Origin: a virus
Virus record (IMG/VR): IMGVR_UViG_3300034417_000033
Coordinates: 32,001 to 96,000 of that record
Strand: one strand, 5' to 3'
DNA length: 64,000 nt
Part shown: piece by piece, positions 48,638 through 57,291 of the stretch
Position numbering within the stretch: position 1 is the stretch's first letter
Layout: every line of letters begins with the position of its first letter
Notes under the pieces: model-generated
Database searches by the model: none
Told to the model about the DNA's origin: nothing
What the model saw: the letters and a program-made list of their open reading frames with translations, nothing else
Program-made: the position numbers and the translations under genes

Positions 48638-48703
48638 GTTCTTTCTCCTTCATATAAAGAATCTTTTCTAATACTATTTATCAAATAATAGAAAATTTTT
48701 AAA

Positions 48704-49510
48704 CTAGCGATTTTGTTTGCAAGCAATGCGTTTTTGTATAATCACTTTCTTTAAATTCGCAACTGGCAATGCCACTTTCTTATCTAAATCATACTGTGTT
48801 GCTATTGCAAATCTAATACCAGTTAATAACTCAACTTCATTTACAGTAACTTGATATTTACTCAGATCGTTGCCAGTTGCCGTTTGTGGCATAATAAATG
48901 CGTATGCTTTTTTAGATCCTAAGTCAGCTACAATTTTATAAAATGCATCTGGAACAACAACATTATTTGGTCCTATTGTTTTAGACTCATCGCTGTACAC
49001 TGGGCCTACATAAATTAAAAAGTTATTATTTGATTCTACTGCCCAAGCTCTAATGTATGTCTCTAACAGTTTCCACGTGCCACGGTTTAATCTTGGAGTT
49101 TGCGGCGCCATATTTGTAAGTAGAAAACTTTGATCTTCTGTTTCTAAACTGTATGCTTGGTCTCCTGCAGGAATCTGATGGCCCATATCATATCCACTTT
49201 TTGCATAATCAATAAGTTCTGCTCTGTCACCTTTTCGCAAACTATTGTCCGGAGCAAAATTATTTTTTCTAATTGCGCACCCAATGGAACTTTTTCCATC
49301 AGACACATATGCTGACCAAATAGGGAGTTTTGCCTTAACATCATTAAGTGTAGCATACCCAGTTCTGCAAATTAACGTGCCTGATTTTCCAGACGGCAGA
49401 CCAAACGGCAAGTGACTATTGCAATTGTTTGCGGGAAGTGGATCGGGCTGTTGCCAGGCGGTCGAAACGGAAGAAAATGCGAGTGCAAACAATAAACATA
49501 AGTATTTCAT
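48704..49510 (-). CDS. Secreted DNA/RNA non-specific endonuclease (NucA/EndoG family)
   Basis: Signal peptide, SGYDMGH..PA, TNMAPQ...LNRG.W..LE, VP..FYK. Confidence 0.92.
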   Translation of the reverse strand: MKYLCLLFALAFSSVSTAWQQPDPLPANNCNSHLPFGLPSGKSGTLICRTGYATLNDVKAKLPIWSAYVSDGKSSIGCAIRKNNFAPDNSLRKGDRAELIDYAKSGYDMGHQIPAGDQAYSLETEDQSFLLTNMAPQTPRLNRGTWKLLETYIRAWAVESNNNFLIYVGPVYSDESKTIGPNNVVVPDAFYKIVADLGSKKAYAFIMPQTATGNDLSKYQVTVNEVELLTGIRFAIATQYDLDKKVALPVANLKKVIIQKRIACKQNR

Positions 49511-49541
49511 AGTATGTTATTTACCAGAAATTAAACCCAAC

Positions 49542-49565
49542 AAAAAAGGGCGCGAACGCCCTTTT
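49542..49565 (-). terminator. Intrinsic terminator after the sheath gene
   Basis: AAAAGGGCG-TTCG-CGCCCTTTTTT. Confidence 0.9.
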
Positions 49566-49579
49566 CATTTTATGCTATC

Positions 49580-52321
49580 TTAGCCAGCTAGGCTAGATCC
49601 AGTATTTTTAATACGGATCGGAATATAAATAAACTCGATCGCTTTTACTGGTTGGATTGCGATATCAATCCAAAGTTCGTTTCTATCAATACGATCTGGT
49701 GTGTTGTTGCTCTTATCGCACACAACCAAGAAGTCATACAAGCCACGCAATGTTACTAGGCTGCTTAACAAAGCATCATATGCAGACTTAGCATTGCCAC
49801 GAGTAATATCATCGTTTGGTTCAAACAAGAAGCCATGGGATAATATATCTGCTTGGTAACGGATGAAGTTCAACAATCTTGCAACGTTGATTCTGTCCAT
49901 TGCTGATTCTGCAGAAGCACGAGTCTTCTGACCCCAAAGCACAATACCGCTGTTTGGAATAACACGGATTGGGTTGATGTTGTTAGTATAAAGAACATCA
50001 CGCAAGCCTTGGTTCAAGCTAACTGCTGCAAATTCACCTTCAGCATTTACATAACCTACTGACGAAGCATTAGATACAACACCACGATTTAAACCAGCTG
50101 GAGCAAACCATTGGTATGCAACTTGGTCATTATACGCAAGTGATCTAAGCGTCATGTGCGAAGCTGGAACAACAACGTTGGTTCCGTCTAAGTTAGTTGA
50201 GAAACCACTTGGGTAGTAAATGCCCAAATACTCGTCTGCTGTGATCAAACCTTCATCGCCAGTTTCAGCAGCGTTGAATGCGTTTGTTGCCCAGTTGTGC
50301 AAATCTGTACCGTTAGCAGCTAAGTGGAACGGAGTATCACCAAGAACAAATGCAGTTTCTTTTCTGTCAATGTTCAATGAAACCATGTCGTCCATAAGCT
50401 CTGGATAACCAGGAGTAGCAATCAAATTGTAGAATACTGATTCTGATCTGATGTCTTCGTTGTTTGCAATAGCTGCTTGAAGAGCTTTAACAACAATTTT
50501 CTTAACAGCAGCGTCGCCAGTTACTAAAGAACCATCAACTGCATTGCCGCTTTCGGAAACCCAACGATCGCCTACTAATTCGCCTTCAAATGTATAAGCT
50601 ACAGTCCAACGCTTAACGTTTCTTGTAGAGTAACGTGTGTTGAATAACAACATTCCTGTTGGGTATGCAAGTGCATCAGGTGCATCAGCGTCAAGCACTG
50701 TTGCGGCGCTGCCAACAAACGGATTAGGAACAGTTGGTCTTGCATCAGCAAAAATTACACCTTTTGGAGAGGATTGATCTGTGTTATCAACAAGTCTCCA
50801 GCCAGTAGCAGTTTTAACATTAATGATTGGATAAGATGCAGTATCTGAAGTGTCAACCCATACGTCGCCAGTAGCTGCGCCGATCGGAGCACTTGGGGAT
50901 ACAACTGCAGGTTTTGCCAATTCTTTCCAAGCTCCAGCAGAAGCAATCATAATGTCAACTTTGTATGAAGGATCATACCAAAGTGTGCCATCTTCTAAAT
51001 CGCCTGTTGGTTGTACATTGGACGCTTCATAAACAAGATTTTCCCAGTTGCTATATCTTCCGTCTGGGATTCCAATTGGGTCAGCTAAATCGTTAACAAT
51101 AACCATGCTATTGCCAACCGAGTTCTCGAAAACCAGTTTATTGTCTATAACAATTGCAGTAATTTCGGCTGTGTTAAATCCAGTCCAAGCGTTAATTGCA
51201 TCAGCAGCTTCTTGTGCTGTGGAAGTAGATGTCAAGCCAAGGGTTGCCAAATCAATAAGAATTGGAACGCCAGTGCTATCTGATATTCCAGCTTTACCAA
51301 CACCGTAATTCGTTAGTGTGGAACCCGGAGTATGCACAACTGTTCCGCCGTTGTGTATAAAGATTGGGTTTTGGTAAATGGTTAATACGTCTGTATCTCT
51401 ATCAAGTCTGTAATTATAGTTAACATATGTTGAACCTGCTGTTAATGCAGACCCATATCCAATAATAGCTGCGTCGCCAGTGGCATAAGTTGGTGCAAGT
51501 ACGTTAACAAAAGATCCAGCTGTAGAATCATAATAACTAACATCAAAAGACAACTCTCTTAAATTAATCCAAAAATCGCCAGTAGATAATGCAGTGATAT
51601 TATCTTCTCTAAGTGTTGGGTAAACATTTGAATATTGGATATCAATTCCTGGACCAGCATTAAAATCAGTTCCAGTCTTATCCATAACCTGCCAACCGGA
51701 CGCAAACTTTTTATAAATGGTGTTTTCTGTTCTAAAGTTTCCGTTGCCGTCTTCCACTCTACCTACAGTCACTGCGTGATTATAGTTGGATGGAACGCCC
51801 GATGGCTTAGCGTTTGAGTCTACTTCAGTAGTAACATAAAGAGGAACTTTGTTCCATGTATCAGTTGCGCCGTCAAACATGTAAAGGCCAAAACTGGATT
51901 TTGCCAAGTTCATCCAGAATGTACCTGGATTAGGATTAGCAACTGGTGGAACAGTTCTTGGTGCTAACTGACTTGTGTCAACGTCTGCTCTTAATACATA
52001 AGAAGCATTAGAAATTCCTAAGAATGAATGATCAGCTAACAAGCCGTATTCGTTCAATGAATAACCGTGAAGTGAATTTCCTCCAACGGAGTAAAAGTTT
52101 GGTGTACCGAAAGTTTGAAGCAACTCTCTTTGAGAAGCAACTAACCACAGTTTGCCAGCGTTTGCTTTTGTAGTACCAATTGCAATCGCGTCGCCTGCAG
52201 GTGTAAGTTTATCTTGCGCTGTTGCAATAATAACGAGAGGCACAGTCCCTGGTCCGGAACTTACATAAAATGACTCGTCTGTTACTGTAATAGCGGTTCC
52301 TGGTGAAATAAGTGTCGCCAC
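49580..52321 (-). CDS. Tail sheath protein (gp18-like)
   Basis: LISPG, WFAPAG.NRG, INPI, WGQKT, DRINVARL, FEPND, EFIYIP. Confidence 0.97.
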   Translation of the reverse strand: MATLISPGTAITVTDESFYVSSGPGTVPLVIIATAQDKLTPAGDAIAIGTTKANAGKLWLVASQRELLQTFGTPNFYSVGGNSLHGYSLNEYGLLADHSFLGISNASYVLRADVDTSQLAPRTVPPVANPNPGTFWMNLAKSSFGLYMFDGATDTWNKVPLYVTTEVDSNAKPSGVPSNYNHAVTVGRVEDGNGNFRTENTIYKKFASGWQVMDKTGTDFNAGPGIDIQYSNVYPTLREDNITALSTGDFWINLRELSFDVSYYDSTAGSFVNVLAPTYATGDAAIIGYGSALTAGSTYVNYNYRLDRDTDVLTIYQNPIFIHNGGTVVHTPGSTLTNYGVGKAGISDSTGVPILIDLATLGLTSTSTAQEAADAINAWTGFNTAEITAIVIDNKLVFENSVGNSMVIVNDLADPIGIPDGRYSNWENLVYEASNVQPTGDLEDGTLWYDPSYKVDIMIASAGAWKELAKPAVVSPSAPIGAATGDVWVDTSDTASYPIINVKTATGWRLVDNTDQSSPKGVIFADARPTVPNPFVGSAATVLDADAPDALAYPTGMLLFNTRYSTRNVKRWTVAYTFEGELVGDRWVSESGNAVDGSLVTGDAAVKKIVVKALQAAIANNEDIRSESVFYNLIATPGYPELMDDMVSLNIDRKETAFVLGDTPFHLAANGTDLHNWATNAFNAAETGDEGLITADEYLGIYYPSGFSTNLDGTNVVVPASHMTLRSLAYNDQVAYQWFAPAGLNRGVVSNASSVGYVNAEGEFAAVSLNQGLRDVLYTNNINPIRVIPNSGIVLWGQKTRASAESAMDRINVARLLNFIRYQADILSHGFLFEPNDDITRGNAKSAYDALLSSLVTLRGLYDFLVVCDKSNNTPDRIDRNELWIDIAIQPVKAIEFIYIPIRIKNTGSSLAG

Positions 52322-52322
52322 T

Positions 52323-52400
52323 TTAAAACCTCCTTTTGATTTTAGCTAAAATAGTTTCTATACTTATTTATCGTTATCTTAGGAAAAGGAGGTGTTTTAA
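52323..52400 (-). promoter_or_regulatory. RBS-sequestering hairpin with a late box (52365-52372) in its loop
   Basis: TTAAAA-CA-CCTCCTTTT pairs with AAAAGGAGG-TTTTAA just before the sheath GTG. Confidence 0.7.
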
Positions 52401-52420
52401 ACCGGGGTATTTATGACATT

Positions 52421-53056
52421 TTAAGAAATAATTTTAGCTATAGAAAAAACCTGCTGTTTTAGATCATCTAGTGTCCCAGTGTTTGTTATTACATGGTCTG
52501 TCGGCACAGCAAGCCAAGCCCATTCGCTGAAATGAACATCCGCGTATTTTTCTTCCATTGCAGCTTTTGCAATCTCGTTACCATTGACAGCTAGTGTTGC
52601 AATCTCTTCCCACTCAGGAGGATGCTTTCCTTTTACACGAATTATTTTGCCGCCCAAAGAACGAATGTGCTGCATTTCATTTGGAAATCTTGCATCACTA
52701 ATTATGATATTTTTATTACTAGATTCCATGAATCGCCGCTCAAATGTTAAGAGCCACATATCAGGATTAAAATGATCTCGAAGGGTATCTGTACCAATTA
52801 ATTGCATTGCTTTTCGTGGTGTGAATTTAGGAATCCCTAATTTATCAGACCACCACTTGTCAACAGTATTGCGCCATTCTCTGCTTTCAGGTGTGTCGCC
52901 TTCTAGTAAACTACGTTCCCAGCCAAACAAAGGCGCAACAATATCTTTTAGTGTTGCTGCAAAGCTGTCTCGCTCGTAGTTAAAGTTGTCTACAAAGAAA
53001 TTTGCGGCAGTGTCTTTGCCGCTACCAATAAAACCAGAAATTGCAAGAAGTGTCAT
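52421..53056 (-). CDS. Deoxynucleoside monophosphate kinase (gp1-like)
   Basis: GFIGSGKDT, SFA..LK, TPR..MQ..GT, SDARFPNE, H.SE. Confidence 0.93.
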   Translation of the reverse strand: MTLLAISGFIGSGKDTAANFFVDNFNYERDSFAATLKDIVAPLFGWERSLLEGDTPESREWRNTVDKWWSDKLGIPKFTPRKAMQLIGTDTLRDHFNPDMWLLTFERRFMESSNKNIIISDARFPNEMQHIRSLGGKIIRVKGKHPPEWEEIATLAVNGNEIAKAAMEEKYADVHFSEWAWLAVPTDHVITNTGTLDDLKQQVFSIAKIIS

Positions 53057-53084
53057 ACGCTATCCTTTTATTTTTATAAGAAGC

Positions 53085-53113
53085 AGTATAACACAACTTG
53101 CAACAAATATCAA
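53085..53113 (-). promoter_or_regulatory. sigma70 promoter TTGATA-17-TATACT
   Basis: Near-consensus. Confidence 0.65.
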
Positions 53114-53865
53114 CCAATAATAAAAGGCATGCCTCTATCAGAAGTAACAAATTGCAAAATCTCTTCCTCGAGCCTTTGCATTTCTGCGAGGCCTTCTTGT
53201 TTCAGTGCATCGCCATTTAATGTTACGTTTCCGTTCGGTCCTGGCAATCCGCTTGTAATTTTGCTTCTTGCTTCACCCAACATAAACTTAGACTGTGCTA
53301 ACGCATAATCTCTAATCCACGGTCCAGAATATGTGCCTGTAATAAGATCGTCTTCTGCCTTTGCCAAGTATACAGTAACCATCACTGTTTCTTCACCTTC
53401 AGGACGACGCAGTAATGTTAACTTGTGGTCTGACTCATTCCAAATAAAGTTAATTTCAGAAGAGAAAACTCTTGCCAATGTTTCTTTATATTCGCTAAAT
53501 AATTCCCATGTTGCAAGCCCGCCAGTTTGACCCCATTGCAATAAGAAGTAATTGCTGAATGCTGCCTCAAATGGATCGAAGTTGATGCCACCGCCACCAA
53601 TTGTCACACCTACGCCGCGGCGATAAATTTTTCGGATTTCTTGAACGTTTTCAGGAAGGTTATAAACGTTCTGATCTTCCTGAAGATTCATAAACATAGT
53701 ATCTTCATTTGTGGATCCATCAGAACGCTGTCTGTATCTTTGTATTGCTAGGGTAATTGCCAAATCTAAGTGTTCTGGGTCAAGCTCAACTTCTACCATG
53801 CCGATACCAAGCATAAGCTGGATTTGTTTTTTGAGCGTGTGCCTTGCAGAAGTCATTGCTGTCAT
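53110..53865 (-). CDS. Neck protein (gp13-like)
   Basis: LG...V.VEL, W...Y.LA..K..LG..RSK, LNG; late box at 53886-53893. Confidence 0.85.
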   Translation of the reverse strand: MTAMTSARHTLKKQIQLMLGIGMVEVELDPEHLDLAITLAIQRYRQRSDGSTNEDTMFMNLQEDQNVYNLPENVQEIRKIYRRGVGVTIGGGGINFDPFEAAFSNYFLLQWGQTGGLATWELFSEYKETLARVFSSEINFIWNESDHKLTLLRRPEGEETVMVTVYLAKAEDDLITGTYSGPWIRDYALAQSKFMLGEARSKITSGLPGPNGNVTLNGDALKQEGLAEMQRLEEEILQFVTSDRGMPFIIG

Positions 53866-53892
53866 AGAAACCTCGTTGTTTCTACTATTTAT

Positions 53893-54162
53893 CTAGTCTA
53901 TCGAGTTGTATGGTGACGCTCCAGCTTCTCCTGGATTCTTTAACCTAAGTAAAAAAATCTCCTCTTCCGATAAGTTGAGTCCTTTGCAAAATTCATGAAA
54001 ATCAGGATATACATGGCCACAATATGCCCACACATAAAATTTACCAGATCTAGACACAAATGCTGGACCATCTAATCTGTGCAGGTCACCATTTTGATTT
54101 TTCCATCGAGTTCCGCCATTCCGGTCAACGGTCATGACTGACGCCATGTTATTTTTCGACAC
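53893..54162 (-). CDS. Hypothetical protein with LHRLDGPA motif
   Basis: GDLHRLDGPA; EEIFLLRLK. Confidence 0.7.
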   Translation of the reverse strand: MSKNNMASVMTVDRNGGTRWKNQNGDLHRLDGPAFVSRSGKFYVWAYCGHVYPDFHEFCKGLNLSEEEIFLLRLKNPGEAGASPYNSID

Positions 54163-55273
54163 TTAAAATAAGAACATGTTCGTTTAAGCGACCGTTAAGT
54201 TTAGTTTCGATACCAGTTACTGCGGTAAACTCTTTCTTCTTATTTGTTTTGTTTGCTTTCATAAACGACTTTAGTGAAAGAGTAGTGTTTTTCCTAATAG
54301 ATTTTTCAACACTTTTCTCTGAGAAGCCTTTGATTGCAGTGCCTTTTACTGTTAAGCCTGCGGCGTCTGCTGCAATGTACACGCCAAGTTTTTTAGTCTT
54401 AGTGTTGTACACCCAAATTTCTTTCGATGCAACAAGGTTAACCGGCCGAATGCTTGTAATTCCCAAATCAGTGTCAACCTCTTTAAATTTCAATTTAGAA
54501 ACAACTTTAGCAACATCAATTGCTTTCTTCTGTCTCGGCTTTTTAGCAGGTGTTGACGATGCTTTAAGGTGTTCTACTGCATTAAGCACATCCTGGAACA
54601 TGCCGTGCAATTTCTTTAGTTGCGGCTTTGTTAAGTATGAGTACCCTTCATTTAACTGCTCGTCCTGTCCCCCAATTGCTTCCGCAATTTCTGCAAGATC
54701 AGGTTCGTAAAATTTAGAAATGTGCCTATAGTGACCAACTTTTAGATTCGAGTGTAAAAAGTGCTTCTTAATATCGAATAAGTGAATATTAAAAGTCTTA
54801 GGATCTGTACAAAACGAATCGATCCAATGATCAACATTGCTACACGCTTCTGCAGCCTTTTCTCTGAGGTGGTCTTGTATGTTTGCTTTTTTTGGTGCAG
54901 CAGGTTTTGCTTCGGCGGTAACTACTTCTACTTTCACAGAAGACTTTGCGCGTTTGCCTGCGTTTTCTTGCATTGCTTGCAGATGCTTATGGAAGCTCGC
55001 CATGATCTCGGGTGTTAGTTCTCCACCGTTTTGCAGCATGTATCCGTATTTGCCAATTGCGTCAAACTCATAATCCGGAAGAGAATTTAGAATTTTGAAA
55101 TCATACTCAGTGTTCTTTTTAATCCATGCCATAGTGGCAGGTTTTAATTTCTTAGAATCAATCTCGTAGTTGGTATAAAACCGTGCTTTGAAAAATTCCC
55201 TGTCGTAATCTTTAGCAGTCAGTTTTAATTGGGAGAAATCATATTTAATAACAGTATAGCGTGGAGCCGACAT
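54149..55273 (-). CDS. Conserved basic phage protein
   Basis: QL.EGY, YNTK.KKL..Y, VKGT.I..F, NGRLN. Confidence 0.85.
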   Translation of the reverse strand: MSAPRYTVIKYDFSQLKLTAKDYDREFFKARFYTNYEIDSKKLKPATMAWIKKNTEYDFKILNSLPDYEFDAIGKYGYMLQNGGELTPEIMASFHKHLQAMQENAGKRAKSSVKVEVVTAEAKPAAPKKANIQDHLREKAAEACSNVDHWIDSFCTDPKTFNIHLFDIKKHFLHSNLKVGHYRHISKFYEPDLAEIAEAIGGQDEQLNEGYSYLTKPQLKKLHGMFQDVLNAVEHLKASSTPAKKPRQKKAIDVAKVVSKLKFKEVDTDLGITSIRPVNLVASKEIWVYNTKTKKLGVYIAADAAGLTVKGTAIKGFSEKSVEKSIRKNTTLSLKSFMKANKTNKKKEFTAVTGIETKLNGRLNEHVLILSVEK

Positions 55274-55294
55274 AATGCACCTTTATTGTTTTAG

Positions 55295-55471
55295 TTAGAA
55301 TAGTATATAGCCTTTTTGGAGGAAGAGCAACCGTAAAAAAAGGTTGCTGTTGCAACCTTTGTGTTTTTCTTTTCTGGAATAATCTTTTTTCTTATCCCTA
55401 TGCACTTGTGCCTTATTAAATGTTGCAGCGTGTTTTGCCACAAAATTATTAGTTGTCTGTCGCTTCTTCAT
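55295..55471 (-). CDS. ArfA-like alternative ribosome-rescue factor (candidate)
   Basis: GAGGAG RBS; NNFVAK..FNKAQV..DKKK.YSRKEKH resembles the ArfA core; internal terminator precedes the stop. Confidence 0.65.
   Translation of the reverse strand: MKKRQTTNNFVAKHAATFNKAQVHRDKKKDYSRKEKHKGCNSNLFLRLLFLQKGYILF
55335..55360 (-). terminator. Intrinsic terminator inside the ArfA-like ORF
   Basis: AGGTTGC-AACA-GCAACCT-TTTTTT, about 13 codons before TAA. Confidence 0.75.
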
Positions 55472-55485
55472 TTTATACTCCTCGG

Positions 55486-55570
55486 AAATAAAGACTCCCC
55501 TTAAGGTAGCGAACAATAAGGGGAGTCACGTAACCACAACGGTCCCACGGTGCAGTTAATATTATTTATC
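55486..55570 (-). promoter_or_regulatory. Late box plus structured leader ending in a terminator-like hairpin
   Basis: GATAAATA 55563-55570; 11-bp stem GACTCCCCTTA/TAAGGGGAGTC followed by TTTATTT. Confidence 0.6.
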
Positions 55571-56068
55571 TTATTCTGGTGTTATATTGAACTTTAAACA
55601 GAACACCAACAAATCCTGCTTGCTTCGGAACTGCATCCGAAACTTATTTCTAGTGCCGTTGTATGTGTAATCTACTATTTTGTGTTCCCTGTAAAATATT
55701 CTGTGATCATCAGTGTTAACTCCAAACTTCATGTGTTCTGATAATTTTAGATTATTACTTGGTGAAATAATTAACACGTCATGAGACGAAACTTTGTACG
55801 TGACACTCCATTGCGAACAGCATGACAGCGAATACCAATCACTGTACTCCTTCAGACATTGCTCGAAGTGTGATCGAAAGAAACCAACATGTAAGTCATG
55901 GTACGTAATGTCATTTTCTGGATCAGACACATCGTGCAAGTCAATCTTTAAAAATGTACCTGATGGCCGTTTTAGTAACTTTGCCTTTCCGTGATTGGGC
56001 AGGCAGCGATGCCGAAAGGTTGCAAGGTCAAATTCAGCCACGTTTTCTAAACTCCAGATAGTTATCAA
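55571..56068 (-). CDS. Hypothetical protein
   Basis: Ends FRSKQDLLVFCLKF. Confidence 0.65.
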   Translation of the reverse strand: MITIWSLENVAEFDLATFRHRCLPNHGKAKLLKRPSGTFLKIDLHDVSDPENDITYHDLHVGFFRSHFEQCLKEYSDWYSLSCCSQWSVTYKVSSHDVLIISPSNNLKLSEHMKFGVNTDDHRIFYREHKIVDYTYNGTRNKFRMQFRSKQDLLVFCLKFNITPE

Positions 56069-56366
56069 GCAAGGACTGTATGGAAGCTGCCCCAGCTGGG
56101 TTTGCCGAATGCACGTTAAATTGGAATCCTTCTGGAATTGCAGTGCCGCCCATTTCTAAGTCATGCTCAACCAACCACTTTGCAAAGTCCGATCCGTCTT
56201 GGCCTGGGCCTTGCGCTAAGTCGTGATCGAAGCTAATGTAATCCGGAACACCATTCGTCAGTATGTACACGATCGCTGCTTTCATTGTGCGAACAATAGT
56301 CCACGGGCGATCGGTTTTAGGCGTTCTTTCATCATCCAAATACAAGTATTTCACGGTTTCTTCCAC
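56034..56366 (-). CDS. Cyclic-phosphate-processing receiver-domain protein
   Basis: LYLDDER.P, ISFDHDL, VHSANP.G. Confidence 0.8.
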   Translation of the reverse strand: MEETVKYLYLDDERTPKTDRPWTIVRTMKAAIVYILTNGVPDYISFDHDLAQGPGQDGSDFAKWLVEHDLEMGGTAIPEGFQFNVHSANPAGAASIQSLLDNYLEFRKRG

Positions 56367-56737
56367 AACTCATAATAATATTTAGGATCAACATCAACCT
56401 CAACATCTTGTTGATATCTGTAGGGAGACGAGTTCTGTTTGTGCATTCGTTTCAACTGTTCTAAAACATCGTTCTGTGCGTTAGCTGCGTTAGCTGCTTC
56501 TTTCTTTTTTGCAGCGTTGAGCGTGCCACGTCGAATTTCATGAAAGCGTTCTTCTAATTTTTCATCAATAAACTTATTATAGTCGGCCAGTTCAGTAAAT
56601 GCAACAGCAAGAGACTTGCTGTCTTGAGTGTAATAGATTTTAAATTGTCCGGACAGCCTACCATCTAGAAATAAATCCATCTCCATAGCAGTAGTGTCCG
56701 AAGATTTAATCTTTGTATCTACAATGTAAAGCTCCAT
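56351..56737 (-). CDS. Hypothetical protein
   Basis: Packed; N-half resembles the 56739 ORF (I.DTK...AM...F..G.F). Confidence 0.7.
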   Translation of the reverse strand: MELYIVDTKIKSSDTTAMEMDLFLDGRLSGQFKIYYTQDSKSLAVAFTELADYNKFIDEKLEERFHEIRRGTLNAAKKKEAANAANAQNDVLEQLKRMHKQNSSPYRYQQDVEVDVDPKYYYELWKKP

Positions 56738-56738
56738 A

Positions 56739-57002
56739 TTAAGACATCCTTAAGAATTCAGCTAACACCTTTTCTAAATTCTTCATTTTAAACATAGTTG
56801 CGTCTTCACCTTTAGCAAATGCAATACTAACAAGAGGGTATGACGATACCGTAGATTCGTAATAGTAATATTTTACTTCATCAATAAATTGGCCGTAAAC
56901 AAAGGCTTTAAATACTGCTTCATTCATTGCGCTCTGTCTAAGTTTTGTGTCAATTAATACCCACGATTTAACGCGGATAGTATCTGGCTCGGAACTCATC
57001 AC
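56739..57002 (-). CDS. Hypothetical protein
   Basis: FAKGEDATMFKMK motif. Confidence 0.7.
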   Translation of the reverse strand: MMSSEPDTIRVKSWVLIDTKLRQSAMNEAVFKAFVYGQFIDEVKYYYYESTVSSYPLVSIAFAKGEDATMFKMKNLEKVLAEFLRMS

Positions 57003-57291
57003 ACTTCTCCTTCGATTCTTTCAGGCCGAGGCCGGTTTTATTTCTATACCACTTGATCAGCTCTACTATATTGTCACCCTTAAACGGATGCCCTTCAAAA
57101 TCGCCGAAGCCATGGGATAGTCGGAAGATAAATTTCTCGTAGTCTGTTTTAATTAACGAGATGTCTTCTTTCATGGTCATGTTCATGATCCATTTTACTG
57201 CATCTGGAAACTCGTCATAGTTTTTCTTAACAAGTTCTTCCAACTGTTCTTTAAACGTCAGCATACTCATGATTATGTCCAGTAATTCCAA
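56968..57291 (-). CDS. Protein with ribosomal L7/L12 C-terminal-like motif
   Basis: IVELIKWYRNKTGLGLKESKEKCD. Confidence 0.6.
   Translation of the reverse strand: MELLDIIMSMLTFKEQLEELVKKNYDEFPDAVKWIMNMTMKEDISLIKTDYEKFIFRLSHGFGDFEGHPFKGDNIVELIKWYRNKTGLGLKESKEKCDEFRARYYPR

Noticed and set aside
55295-55516. Longer TTG-start version of the ArfA-like ORF
   Set aside because: That start lies inside the leader hairpin; ATG 55471 has a strong GAGGAG RBS
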